In this document: positions 17,682 through 26,939 of the stretch, piece after piece
Layout: each line of letters begins with the position of its first letter
How positions within the stretch are numbered: position 1 is the stretch's first letter
Assembly (NCBI GenBank): GCA_023410475.1
Contig: JAEYPS010000025.1
Location: 47,946-111,945, forward strand
Source: Bacillota bacterium
GTDB lineage: Bacteria; Bacillota; Clostridia; Christensenellales; SZUA-584
Direction: 5' to 3'
Length of the DNA: 64,000 nt
The notes under the pieces: model-generated
The model's input: the letters and a program-made list of their open reading frames with translations, nothing else
Databases searched by the model: none
Told to the model about the DNA's origin: nothing
Translations under genes and position numbers: made by a program

Positions 17682-19097
17682 TTATTCGGGCTTGAACAGC
17701 GATTCGGCGGCAGCCGCATCGACAGGGTCGTTTATCATGAATGAATCAGGCATGTCCTTGACCATTTCATAATAGTAGCTTAGGTTTTTATCGGTTATAA
17801 ACGTATTTGCCGAATACTCATATTTAACGCCCTCGGATATAAGCGTACGCCCCTCTGCAAGCTTTAAAGCTATCTCAAACGCTATCGCAGCGGAACGGGC
17901 GGGCGAGGGCTGCGCGCACGCGATAAACTCTCCCGCTTTAGCCGAGAAGAACTTTGCGGGAGGAGGCGAACGTTTCCCCGAGGCAGGCGGAACCATTACA
18001 ACCCCGCCGTTTTTAAGAGCGTACCATTTCTTTATGAAACCGGCGCTCGTGTCTCCGCACATCACTTTCGGGAGCGCCCCAGCGTCTATAAACGCGTCAA
18101 GAGCGCCTTCGGCCATTCCCTCTGCTGTTATGACTCCGTCGATCTTTTCATCCTTGTCAAGAAGCGCGTCAATTGCTTCATTGGCTTTATCTTTGTTCCA
18201 CGACGCGTAAGCCGCCGAAACGTTTAGTGCAGAATTAGATCTGAGCCTTGCTTCTATCGCGGCTTTGCGCTCGGCGTCCACATCGCTGGTTTCACTTCCG
18301 AGCACCTGCACTACGCTGCCTGATGAAAGGTTATCGGCCATGAACCTGCCGTACTTTTCACCCCACGACGTCTGGTTTGAAACTACATTTACGGTATAGC
18401 CGGAATCAACGGGAGCGTCGTATGCTATAAGAGGTATCCCTTCTTGTTTTGCCATAAACGAAACCATTTTAAAGCTTTCTTCATCCGTCGCGCCCGCTAT
18501 TATCACATCGACCTCGTTTTTGATAAGGCTTCTCATATCCTGAAGCTGTTGATTATAGTCGCCGTGGGCGTCGTAGCAGTACACCCTATATACGAGCCCT
18601 TTTTTAACAGCGTCGCCTGTTGCTTGCTCGAGCTTGCCGAGGAGCAGCTTGTCGTTTTCGCTCTTTACGCTGCCCAGCGTTATGCCTATCGTTATGCCGC
18701 TTGTGATAATCTCCTCGTCCTCTTCATCAGTAAAAAGACTGTCATCAGAGCCCTCTAAGCCGGCAAGCACCCCTTCGTCGATACCCTCATAGCTGTACTC
18801 GTCCGTAAACTCGGACAGGTCTATCGTGGGCACCGGAGTTGCCGACAGCGCCTCGGAAGGCTCGGCCTCGGGACTCACCTGAGCCACGGTTTCCTTTCCG
18901 CCGCCCAAAAACAGCGTAACACATATTGCTGCAACAACTAGAATTATGCCCGCGACCGCAATGATCTTGGCGTTTCTTCTAAAAAAAGACCTGGCGCCTC
19001 TTCTTTTAAGGCTGCGCGCGCCTACCCGCCCTCTTGAGTGACTGCTTCTCGAATAGCCGCTTCTTGAATAGCCGCCGCCTGTCCTTCTGTTACTCAT
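17682..19097 (-). CDS. Membrane-anchored periplasmic-binding-protein (PBP type 1, sugar-binding-like) domain protein
   Basis: The ATG at 19097 gives MSNRRTGGGYSRSGYSRSSHSRGRVGARSLKRRGARSFFRR, then a TM segment (IIAVAGIILVVAAICVTLFL) and an acidic linker. The PBP-like core has GITIGITLG ... DVIIAGATD ... IPLIAYDAPV. No ABC permease or ATPase gene is adjacent. Confidence 0.65.
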   Translation of the reverse strand: MSNRRTGGGYSRSGYSRSSHSRGRVGARSLKRRGARSFFRRNAKIIAVAGIILVVAAICVTLFLGGGKETVAQVSPEAEPSEALSATPVPTIDLSEFTDEYSYEGIDEGVLAGLEGSDDSLFTDEEDEEIITSGITIGITLGSVKSENDKLLLGKLEQATGDAVKKGLVYRVYCYDAHGDYNQQLQDMRSLIKNEVDVIIAGATDEESFKMVSFMAKQEGIPLIAYDAPVDSGYTVNVVSNQTSWGEKYGRFMADNLSSGSVVQVLGSETSDVDAERKAAIEARLRSNSALNVSAAYASWNKDKANEAIDALLDKDEKIDGVITAEGMAEGALDAFIDAGALPKVMCGDTSAGFIKKWYALKNGGVVMVPPASGKRSPPPAKFFSAKAGEFIACAQPSPARSAAIAFEIALKLAEGRTLISEGVKYEYSANTFITDKNLSYYYEMVKDMPDSFMINDPVDAAAAESLFKPE

Positions 19098-19170
19098 AAT
19101 AAACAAACTCCAGTATTAAAATTTTCAGCATTACCACCCTAAAAAACTCAACGGCTTTTTGGGCACTATA

Positions 19171-20751
19171 TTAAGCGCTCTTCTCGCTGTCCCACTTCTC
19201 AATAAGCTCGGCAAGTGCGCGTTTCATTTTTTCCGTTTGCTGCGCTCCCGCTGACTCAAGCCTGCGCTTTATGTCATCTATTAAGCTCTGCACCGAAACA
19301 TCCGGTATATCCTTTATATCACGGACAACTCTTGCCGTCGTTTTCTCAAATGTGTCGGTATCAAACACAGCGAACATTTCGGGAGCAACGGCGTCGTATC
19401 CGTTTTTATTAAGCTCGGAAGCGAACAATTCTGCCGTCTTCTCTTCCCCGTGCATTACGAATACTTTCTCGACGCCCTTGGAGAAGTGCCCTATCCACTC
19501 GATCAGGCCTGCTTTGTCCGCATGCCCCGAAAAGCCGGGAACATAGTCAACAGCGGCTTTTACCTGTATCTCTTCACCGAATATCTTAACGCTCTTCGCC
19601 CCGTCGAGTATGCTCCTGCCAAGCGTTCCGACCGCCTGGTATCCGACAAACAGTACTGTTGAGTCATGCTTCCAGAGGTTGTGCTTTAAATGATGTTTTA
19701 TCCTTCCCGCCTCACACATGCCGCTTGAAGATATTATTATCTTCCGGCGTTCGTCGAAGTTAATGGCTTTAGATTCGTCGGTAGACTGTGCCACGATCAG
19801 CGTGGGAAACGAAAAGAACTTAACTCCCTCTGCCTTGTACGCCATAGCCTCCTCATCATAATATCCCTTGCTGCTCGATTCGAATATCTCGGTCGCGGCG
19901 ATACCGAGGGGGCTGTCTATGTATACCGGTATGTTTTCAAGCCCGGGCACTGTGTTTTCACGAAGAAACACCGAGATGCTGTACAAAACCTCTTGCGTTC
20001 TTCCTACGGCGAAAGAGGGTATTACTATATTTCCTCCCGCTGCGATGCCCTTTTTAAACGCCTCCGCAAGTTCCTGCCTTGTATCGCTCTGTGTATGCAG
20101 GCGGTCGCCGTACGTACTTTCCATAAAGACAATATCGGCTTCTTTTATATACACGGGGTCGTTTATTATAGGCTTGTCCTTGTTGCCTATGTCGCCGGAA
20201 AACACAAGTTTCTTTTGCTTCGAGTTTTCTTCGATAAAGAGCTCTATAGACGCCGAACCCAAAAGGTGCCCCGCGTCTACAAAGCGCACGGCAATTCCCG
20301 GCATAACCGTCTTTTTGATACCGTAATCAACTACGCTTAAGTTTTTTACGGCTTTATGTGCGTCTTCGACAGTGTAAAGGGGCTGTATCTCACTTTTGCC
20401 CGCGCGAGCGCGCTTTCTGTTCTCCCATTCGGTCTCCATCTCCTGTATATATCCGGCATCGGGGAACATAATAGAGCATAGCCTCGCCGTGGCTCCCGTG
20501 CAGTAAACTTTGCCCTTGAAGCCTTTTTTAACTAGCAGCGGTATCAGCCCCGAGTGGTCTATATGAGCGTGAGTCAAAAACATCGCGTCTATTTCCTCGG
20601 CGTTAAAGGCGAATACATCGAGAGGAAGATCTTTCGCGTCTCTGCCCTGTCTTAAACCGCAATCGACCAGAACTTTTTTATCGCCCGTCTCAATAAGGGT
20701 GCATGAGCCTGTTACGCATCTTGCCGCACCCAGAAATGTAATGTTCATCAA
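19171..20751 (-). CDS. MBL-fold beta-CASP family hydrolase (RNA-metabolising metallo-beta-lactamase type)
   Basis: 526 aa with LVDCG ... THAHIDHSG, and beta-CASP-like central and C-terminal segments (FSGHAD). Confidence 0.8.
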   Translation of the reverse strand: MMNITFLGAARCVTGSCTLIETGDKKVLVDCGLRQGRDAKDLPLDVFAFNAEEIDAMFLTHAHIDHSGLIPLLVKKGFKGKVYCTGATARLCSIMFPDAGYIQEMETEWENRKRARAGKSEIQPLYTVEDAHKAVKNLSVVDYGIKKTVMPGIAVRFVDAGHLLGSASIELFIEENSKQKKLVFSGDIGNKDKPIINDPVYIKEADIVFMESTYGDRLHTQSDTRQELAEAFKKGIAAGGNIVIPSFAVGRTQEVLYSISVFLRENTVPGLENIPVYIDSPLGIAATEIFESSSKGYYDEEAMAYKAEGVKFFSFPTLIVAQSTDESKAINFDERRKIIISSSGMCEAGRIKHHLKHNLWKHDSTVLFVGYQAVGTLGRSILDGAKSVKIFGEEIQVKAAVDYVPGFSGHADKAGLIEWIGHFSKGVEKVFVMHGEEKTAELFASELNKNGYDAVAPEMFAVFDTDTFEKTTARVVRDIKDIPDVSVQSLIDDIKRRLESAGAQQTEKMKRALAELIEKWDSEKSA

Positions 20752-20975
20752 TACCCCCGAGTCAACATTAAAAAATAAAACTTTATTTGAAGTCTATTAT
20801 ACAACATAGACAGAAAAAATGCCATAAACTGCGCGCTGTTAAATTACGTATATTGCATACTGTTAGCAAGTGAAAAAAGCAGCCAAAGCTCTTTGATTTA
20901 TTGGTATATAAACAGAAGCGGGGATATCCCCGCTCCATATTTAACCGAAAAGGCCGAATAAACATATTTAATAAA

Positions 20976-21004
20976 TAAAAAAGCTGCCTGATAAAAGAGG
21001 CAGC
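20976..21004 (-). terminator. Terminator of the arsR-permease operon
   Basis: On the minus strand, GCTGCCT-CTTTTATC-AGGCAGC is followed by T6. A second hairpin, GCGGGGA-TA-TCCCCGC, lies at 20916-20933. Confidence 0.7.
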
Positions 21005-21168
21005 CGAACCATCATAGCCCTTAGGCTTTAGACTTCATGCTTTGCGCCCATGCCTTTCGGCGATGGTTGCCGTTTGCTCATTTGACATATTCAATATAAT
21101 ACATCTTAGCCGATAAGTCAATATTAACATATTATAGATTACGTTTGTATTATTCACCATGCAGTGCG

Positions 21169-22296
21169 TTATTCCTGTTTACACCCCGCGGCGCGTTTTT
21201 GCTTTACAGACTTTATTAGCCTTGAACCAAGGCTGCGAAGCAGCAGTGCCCCGAACAATATTCCCGATATTATGCGGACAAGACTCTGCTCCTCTGTACC
21301 CTCTGCCGCGCCCCCGGTTAAAACAGGCAGTGAAAACCATTCGATAATCAAATCGAGCAATATGCCAAAGCCGACCGCGAACGCTGCGGTGACAGCAACG
21401 TACGCCGCCACGGTCTTTTTGCCGAACACCTTTACAAGCGCCGACAGCGAGGCGGCGTTTGTCGCCGGTCCGGCAAACAGGAACACGAAAGCGGCTCCAG
21501 GGCTTATGCCCTTTGCCATCAGCGCGAGCGCTACAGGTATAGATGACGTAGAGCAGATATACATAGGCAGCCCTATTACAAGCATCAAAAGCATGCCTAA
21601 AATACCCGAGCCTATGCTTATATCCGCGAAAAATCCTTCCGGTATCAGCAGCGTTATAGCTGCCGCTATGGCCGCGCCCACCGCAAAATGCAAAGATATA
21701 TCGTCCATGAAGTCAACAAAAGCGTATCTGAACACGCTTTTGAGTTTTGCGCGAAACGATGATCTTTCATTCGCGCGCGCCCCGCAATCACCGCAGCTGC
21801 CCCCGTCATCGCAACTGTCACCGCAACCGTCACCGCAGCCGTGGCCGCCGCACGAGCAGCCCGGCTCCTCTTTAACCATATAGTCATGAGCAGCGGCGCC
21901 CGTAATCTTTTGTATCAGCGCTCCTCCCGCGGCGCCCGAAATGAAAGCCACGAGCGGTCGGTATACCGCAAACACCGCGCCCATCATTCCCGCCGTTGCT
22001 ATTATAGAATCTATACCCGTTTGGGGCGTGGAGATAAGAAACGCCATCGCGGCGGATGTATTTGCCCCGTTTTTGCCGAGATATACGGCAGCAGGCAGCA
22101 CCCCGCACGAGCACAGCGGCAGCGGCACCCCAAAAAGAGCGGCCTTAACAGCCGCGAATCTGCTGCCCTTGCCAAGATGCTTTACCACGGTATCCCTTTT
22201 CAGCGCCGCGTGCAGTACCCCGGCTAATATCATGCCTATAAGCATATACAAAGACATGTCAAGAAATATTTCTATCAGCCTCTCAAAAAACCCCAT
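21169..22296 (-). CDS. Permease of the ArsP_1 / SO_0444-like family with a Cys/Gly/Asp-rich cytoplasmic loop (putative metal efflux)
   Basis: 375 aa and multi-TM. It has GVPLPLCSCGVLPAA and FLISTPQTGIDS motifs and a central loop CSCGGHGCGDGCGDSCDDGGSCGDCG. It lies downstream of an ArsR-family gene. Confidence 0.75.
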   Translation of the reverse strand: MGFFERLIEIFLDMSLYMLIGMILAGVLHAALKRDTVVKHLGKGSRFAAVKAALFGVPLPLCSCGVLPAAVYLGKNGANTSAAMAFLISTPQTGIDSIIATAGMMGAVFAVYRPLVAFISGAAGGALIQKITGAAAHDYMVKEEPGCSCGGHGCGDGCGDSCDDGGSCGDCGARANERSSFRAKLKSVFRYAFVDFMDDISLHFAVGAAIAAAITLLIPEGFFADISIGSGILGMLLMLVIGLPMYICSTSSIPVALALMAKGISPGAAFVFLFAGPATNAASLSALVKVFGKKTVAAYVAVTAAFAVGFGILLDLIIEWFSLPVLTGGAAEGTEEQSLVRIISGILFGALLLRSLGSRLIKSVKQKRAAGCKQE

Positions 22297-22343
22297 TGTA
22301 TCCCCCGATAAACTAGTTTTATAGTCTTATTGCGCTATTTTCA

Positions 22344-22664
22344 TTATATGTGGCTGCAGTGCTCACTCGCCGCTTCGATAAGCATCGATACATGGCCGTC
22401 GTCCAATGTATAATATGTGTTTTTTCCGTCTTTGACATAGCGCACGAGCCTTTGCTGCCTCATCATTCCCAGCTGGTGCGAGACGGCGGAGATGCTCTTG
22501 CCAAGCGCAGACGCTATATGCCCGACGCATAACTCCCTTCCGCTGAGCAAAACGAGCATCCTTATCCTGTCGGGGTCGGCAAACACCTTTAAGAATTCGG
22601 CCAGCCGTCTTGCTTCATCTTCGGCCATTGTATTCAGATTCGTACTTTCGCAGCATCTTTGCAT
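22344..22664 (-). CDS. ArsR/SmtB-family metalloregulator
   Basis: 106 aa with a winged HTH (ELCVGHIASALGKSISAVSHQLGMMRQQRLV) and Cys residues at both termini. Confidence 0.85.
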   Translation of the reverse strand: MQRCCESTNLNTMAEDEARRLAEFLKVFADPDRIRMLVLLSGRELCVGHIASALGKSISAVSHQLGMMRQQRLVRYVKDGKNTYYTLDDGHVSMLIEAASEHCSHI

Positions 22665-22687
22665 TTCGCTTCCTCATTACATTTGTT

Positions 22688-22709
22688 TATTTGTTCAACT
22701 GTTCAAATA
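22688..22709. promoter_or_regulatory. Candidate ArsR operator in the arsR promoter region
   Basis: TATTTG-N10-CAAATA contains the direct repeat TGTTCAAC/TGTTCAAA and lies 24-45 nt upstream of the arsR start. This is a weak call with no consensus check. Confidence 0.25.
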
Positions 22710-22777
22710 TTATCTCAAAAAAAGACTGCTGTCAAGAGTCCATACAATCCTTTTTAAAAGCAGTCCTTTATTGCGCT

Positions 22778-23947
22778 TTACTCGTGGCGCAGCGCGTCCA
22801 CCGGGTCGAGCTTCGACGCCTTATACGCGGGTATAAGCCCGAATATGATCCCAACCGTTGCGGAGAACAGCACGCTTAAAAAAGCCGCCGAACCAGAAAC
22901 CTCCGATTTTATGCCGATAACACTCCCCGATATACGCGTAAGGAATACTCCGAGCGCTATTCCGAGCAGCCCGCCCAAAATCGAGTAGAACAGCGCTTCG
23001 GAAAGAAACTGCCCGAGTATGTGATGCTCGCCCGCGCCCAAAGCCTTCCTTATACCTATCTCTCTCGTGCGCTCCTTAACGGTAACGAGCATGATATTCA
23101 TTATCCCTATCCCGCCTACAAGCAGCGCAACGGCTGCGACTGCGCCCACGACAATAGTAAAAATATTCAGTATGTTTTGCGCATTTTCTATTTCATGAGA
23201 AAGGTTTATTATCTTCAGCGAGCCTTCACCATATTTTTTTAGAAGAAGAGATACGCTTGCGTTTACAACGTTGTCGAGCGTTTCGGAGCTTAAGGCGGTA
23301 ACGGATATCTCATCGAAATATTTTGTGGAGAACATGCTTCTGAACGTGGTAAGCGGTATATAGCATTTTCCCGAAAAGAACGAAGCGTAGATAGACTGAT
23401 CTTCTTTTTCCACTCCTACCACGGTAAAATTCTGCCCGTTTATGCTGACCTTCTTTCCTTCGGCCTTACCGTCGCCGAAAAGCGTATCCTTCGCCTGTTC
23501 GCTGAGCACAACGATATTTCTCGTATACTTGATATCGTTTTCGGTGAGCCCCCTTCCCTCAAGGTACGTCATCTGCTCCATCTCAAAAAGAGCTTCGCTC
23601 GTTCCCACTACGTCGGCAACGATTTTCTTCCTGCCGTTTGAAAGATATGCCTTTTCATACGCCGAGGGCGCGATATTCTCTATTCCGTTTATACTTTTTA
23701 AAAGATTGACATCAGCCATATCAAGCATGTTGTTGGGGCCCTGCAGATTGCTCGGAAAAAACCAGACGCGGTTTATGCCAAACTTTAAAAGCTCGTCGTG
23801 TATCATTTCCTGACCGCCGTTACTTACGGATATAACAGTTATCATGGACGCGACTCCGATCATTATACCCAATATAGTAAGCACTGTCCTGAGCCTGTTC
23901 CTGCTTAGTTGATGCGCGGCCATCCCCACATAATCGTTAAGTCTCAT
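22778..23947 (-). CDS. ABC transporter permease, MacB/FtsX family
   Basis: 389 aa with an N-terminal TM, a large extracytoplasmic domain and a C-terminal FtsX-type 3-TM bundle (REIGIRKALGA). Confidence 0.85.
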   Translation of the reverse strand: MRLNDYVGMAAHQLSRNRLRTVLTILGIMIGVASMITVISVSNGGQEMIHDELLKFGINRVWFFPSNLQGPNNMLDMADVNLLKSINGIENIAPSAYEKAYLSNGRKKIVADVVGTSEALFEMEQMTYLEGRGLTENDIKYTRNIVVLSEQAKDTLFGDGKAEGKKVSINGQNFTVVGVEKEDQSIYASFFSGKCYIPLTTFRSMFSTKYFDEISVTALSSETLDNVVNASVSLLLKKYGEGSLKIINLSHEIENAQNILNIFTIVVGAVAAVALLVGGIGIMNIMLVTVKERTREIGIRKALGAGEHHILGQFLSEALFYSILGGLLGIALGVFLTRISGSVIGIKSEVSGSAAFLSVLFSATVGIIFGLIPAYKASKLDPVDALRHE

Positions 23948-24630
23948 CTTGCCTCCGTTTGTTCTACAACATGACCGTCTTTCAGGACAATAAGGTCTTT
24001 CGCGTGCGAGGCTACGTCCTTCTCGTGCGTTATGAGGATTATCGTCGTGCCTTTATCGTTGAGGCTCTTAAGTATCGCTACTATGTCTTCTCCCGTTTTG
24101 CTGTCGAGATTGCCGGTAGGCTCGTCCGCCAGTATCAGGCTCGGTGAATTGACAAGCGCTCTCGCGATAGCGACTCTTTGCCGCTGTCCTCCCGAAAGCT
24201 CTCCCGGCATATGTGACGCCCTGTTGGCAAGCCCCGTCATTTCAAGAAGCTCCGCAGATTTTCTCCTTCGCTCTTTTGGTGAGACTCCGGAGTATATCAT
24301 AGGAAGCTCGACGTTCTGCTTTGCCGTAAGCATGGGCAGCAGATAAAACGACTGAAAAATGAACCCTATGCATCTGTTCCTAAGGTGCACTTTACCTTCT
24401 CCCGACAGCCGCCTTACATCGGTCCTGTTAAAATAATAATCGCCTTTCGTCTGAGTATCAAGGCATCCCAATATGTTCATCAGCGTCGTCTTGCCCGACC
24501 CCGACGCCCCCATGACCGCAAGAAAGCCTCCTTTTTTGACTTTCAGCGACACGTCCATAACGGCATGCACGCACGTCTCCCCCCTGCCGTACGTCTTGCA
24601 AAGATTCTTAACCTCTATCATATGTAACAC
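23944..24630 (-). CDS. ABC transporter ATP-binding protein (MacB/LolD-like)
   Basis: Walker A GASGSGKTT, signature LSGGQRQR and Walker B LILADEPT. It is coupled to the permease by an ATGA overlap. The start may instead be the ATG at 24621. Confidence 0.9.
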   Translation of the reverse strand: MLHMIEVKNLCKTYGRGETCVHAVMDVSLKVKKGGFLAVMGASGSGKTTLMNILGCLDTQTKGDYYFNRTDVRRLSGEGKVHLRNRCIGFIFQSFYLLPMLTAKQNVELPMIYSGVSPKERRRKSAELLEMTGLANRASHMPGELSGGQRQRVAIARALVNSPSLILADEPTGNLDSKTGEDIVAILKSLNDKGTTIILITHEKDVASHAKDLIVLKDGHVVEQTEAR

Positions 24631-25774
24631 GCTGTCCTTCCTTTACGCTGCCGGGCGTCAAAACAACTCTTTCGCCTTCGGTAAGACCGCTTAATATCTC
24701 GACGTAGAACGTATCCTGAAAACCGGTCTCCACAGCCCGCCTTTCAAGCTCGTCTTTCTCTCCCACCACATATACGAACCCTTCGCCCGCAAGACACTCG
24801 ACGGGCACAGCGAGCACGTTTTGTTTAGACCTCAGGGTTATCTCAAGGTCAACCATTGCCCCGGGTATTTTGTTGAAGCTGCTGTCCGGCGTTATCTGTA
24901 TTTTCGCGAGTGCTCCGAAACCGGACTGCTCCCCGATATCGACGGCCGCTTTTCCCGTTTCGGTGATTTTGCCCATATAATAAACGTCGTCGGTTACTAT
25001 CTTTACGTCCATGCCCGGCGAAAGACTTTCTAGGTCTTTTTCATAGACATACCCCTCTATTATAGTGTTGTCGGTATCGGCGATGATCATTGCCGGCAGT
25101 CCCGGAGAAAGCACTTCCCCTTTGTTGATGTTGATTGCAATTACAGTCCCCTTCATCAGGCTTTTGTGCGACATGCTTTCAAGCTGGGCTTTGAGCCTTT
25201 GAACCGACAGCTCGGCAAGGGCGATGTTATTTTCAAGAGACGAGCTGCTGCCGGGGCCTATAACATCATTCAAGCCTTGCATCGCGTCAAGGTTTGACGC
25301 CATAGCCGCGGCGTTATCCTTGAGCGTTCCCGAAAACGCGTTGTTAAACGATTCATAATCGTAGCCGGTTGTCTGCGACAGCGCGAGAGCGATCTTTGCC
25401 TTTTCCTGCGTCAGCGCTGAGCCGCCCGCCATCACCGTCTGTGCCTGAGCTTCAAGCAGTATGTCATAGTTGAGCTGCGCTTCTTTAAGCATGCTTTTGA
25501 CCTTTGCAGGATCGATGTCAAAAAGCGCATCTCCGGCATTAACCTTGCTGCCTTCAGATACGTATATAGTGTCAATAGTTCCCCCTGTCTCGCTCATTAC
25601 ACTATACATTTTAACAGGCACCACCTGCCCGGAAAATTCGAGCGAGTCTTCAAGATCCATATATTTTACTTCGCTCAAGCTTACGATAGGCGCGTCGTCG
25701 CCTTCGTTAAAGTATAAAAACCAGCCGGTTGCGATAACGGCCAGAACAATGATTAACAGAATGAATTTTCGCAT
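24608..25774 (-). CDS. Efflux periplasmic adaptor (HlyD/MFP family)
   Basis: 388 aa with an N-terminal TM, coiled-coil hairpin segments, and lipoyl and beta-barrel segments. It is the first gene of the MacAB-like trio. Confidence 0.8.
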   Translation of the reverse strand: MRKFILLIIVLAVIATGWFLYFNEGDDAPIVSLSEVKYMDLEDSLEFSGQVVPVKMYSVMSETGGTIDTIYVSEGSKVNAGDALFDIDPAKVKSMLKEAQLNYDILLEAQAQTVMAGGSALTQEKAKIALALSQTTGYDYESFNNAFSGTLKDNAAAMASNLDAMQGLNDVIGPGSSSSLENNIALAELSVQRLKAQLESMSHKSLMKGTVIAININKGEVLSPGLPAMIIADTDNTIIEGYVYEKDLESLSPGMDVKIVTDDVYYMGKITETGKAAVDIGEQSGFGALAKIQITPDSSFNKIPGAMVDLEITLRSKQNVLAVPVECLAGEGFVYVVGEKDELERRAVETGFQDTFYVEILSGLTEGERVVLTPGSVKEGQRVTYDRG

Positions 25775-25851
25775 GTGTATACCCCCTTATTTCGCGCATC
25801 CGTCCGATTTTAGTTTGGCAAAAATATTACCCCGTTATTCTAAAATAGGTG

Positions 25852-25880
25852 TTGCATTTTTATGCATTTTTATGTATAAT
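25852..25880 (+). promoter_or_regulatory. Candidate arg operon promoter overlapped by ARG-box-like palindromes
   Basis: -35 TTGCAT (25852-25857), a 17-nt spacer and -10 TATAAT (25875-25880). TGCATTTTTATGCA (25853-25866) and TGCATTTTTATGTA (25863-25876) resemble the TGAAT-W4-ATTCA ARG-box core. Confidence 0.45.
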
Positions 25881-25910
25881 TATTAATACTATATTTTGGA
25901 GGGTCGTTTC

Positions 25911-26939
25911 GTGGTAAATGTGACTGTAGTCGGCGCAACAGGCTACGCCGGCATAGAGCTTATGCGAATACTTTCGGGGCACGACGGCGTACGTATAGCG
26001 CACGCGGTGTCAAAGAACTTCGCCGGCCAGCGCTTAAGCGAGGTTTACCCTAGCTTTCATGGCCAGGATTATGAGCTTGAGGAGATGGACATAGATAATA
26101 TATGCCGTGACAGCGACATCGTTTTCACATGCCTTCCTCACGGAGCGTCGGGCGAAGTCGTGCCCGGGCTGCTCGAGCGCGGCGTAAAGGTTATAGATCT
26201 TTCCGGCGAGTTCAGATACAACGACACGGCCGTATACGAGAGCTGGTACGGCATGCCCCATACAGCGCCGCATCTGCTTAGATCAAGCGTTTACGGCCTT
26301 CCCGAGATTCATCGCGCCAGCATTGCCGGGGCAAAGCTCGTCGGCAACCCGGGCTGCTACACCACATGCTCTATTCTGCCTCTTTATCCTCTTTTGATGC
26401 ACGGGCTATTAGAGCATGGCGGCATAATAATAGACGCGAAATCGGGCGTCAGCGGAGCTGGCCGCAGCGAAAAACTCGGCTACAGCTTTTGTGAAACGGC
26501 GGATAACGCGAAGGCATACGCAGCGGGCACGCACAGGCACACGTCTGAGATAGAGCAGGAGCTGTCTATTGCTGCGAAGGAGCCCGTCACGCTCTCGTTT
26601 ACGCCGCATCTGCTGCCCATAAAGAGAGGCATTATAGCAACGATCTACGCTACGCCCAAAAAACGCGCGAACGAAACCGCAATAAGCAGCGCATACGAAA
26701 TGTATAAATATGAGCCTTTTGTGCAGATGACCGATAAGCTGCCCGAAATAAAAACAGTTGTCGGCAGCAACAACTGCCAGATAGGCTGGGTGCTCGATAA
26801 AAGAACGAACAGGCTTATAATAGTATCGTGCATAGACAACCTTATAAAAGGAGCCGCAGGGCAGGCAGTGCAAAATATGAACATCATGTGCTCTTTTGAC
26901 GAGCGGGAAGGACTAAGCAGTATAGGATGGTACCTCTAA
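25911..26939 (+). CDS. argC: N-acetyl-gamma-glutamyl-phosphate reductase
   Basis: [16 protein letters not shown] and the active-site GNPGCYTT. The GTG at 25911 lies 7 nt after GGAGGG; the ORF-track TTG at 25896 overlaps the SD. Confidence 0.92.
   Translation: MVNVTVVGATGYAGIELMRILSGHDGVRIAHAVSKNFAGQRLSEVYPSFHGQDYELEEMDIDNICRDSDIVFTCLPHGASGEVVPGLLERGVKVIDLSGEFRYNDTAVYESWYGMPHTAPHLLRSSVYGLPEIHRASIAGAKLVGNPGCYTTCSILPLYPLLMHGLLEHGGIIIDAKSGVSGAGRSEKLGYSFCETADNAKAYAAGTHRHTSEIEQELSIAAKEPVTLSFTPHLLPIKRGIIATIYATPKKRANETAISSAYEMYKYEPFVQMTDKLPEIKTVVGSNNCQIGWVLDKRTNRLIIVSCIDNLIKGAAGQAVQNMNIMCSFDEREGLSSIGWYL

Noticed and set aside
20783-20965. The 60-aa minus-strand ORF in the intergenic region upstream of the beta-CASP gene.
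   Set aside because: It has no SD and an implausible composition. It overlaps terminator hairpins of the arsR-permease operon, so this is probably non-coding promoter and terminator space.
21164-21883. Long ORFs antisense to, or out of frame with, confidently assigned genes. Examples are 657..1022(-), 21164..21883(+), 34212..35030(-), 16554..17435(-), 52381..52935(-), 59767..60624(+), 62388..63629(+), 45529..46122(-) and 11863..12507(+).
   Set aside because: Their products are low-complexity and Arg/Ala/Ser/Pro-rich with no SD. They lie fully inside genes with clear family signatures on the other strand or frame. They are typical shadow ORFs of GC-rich coding sequence.
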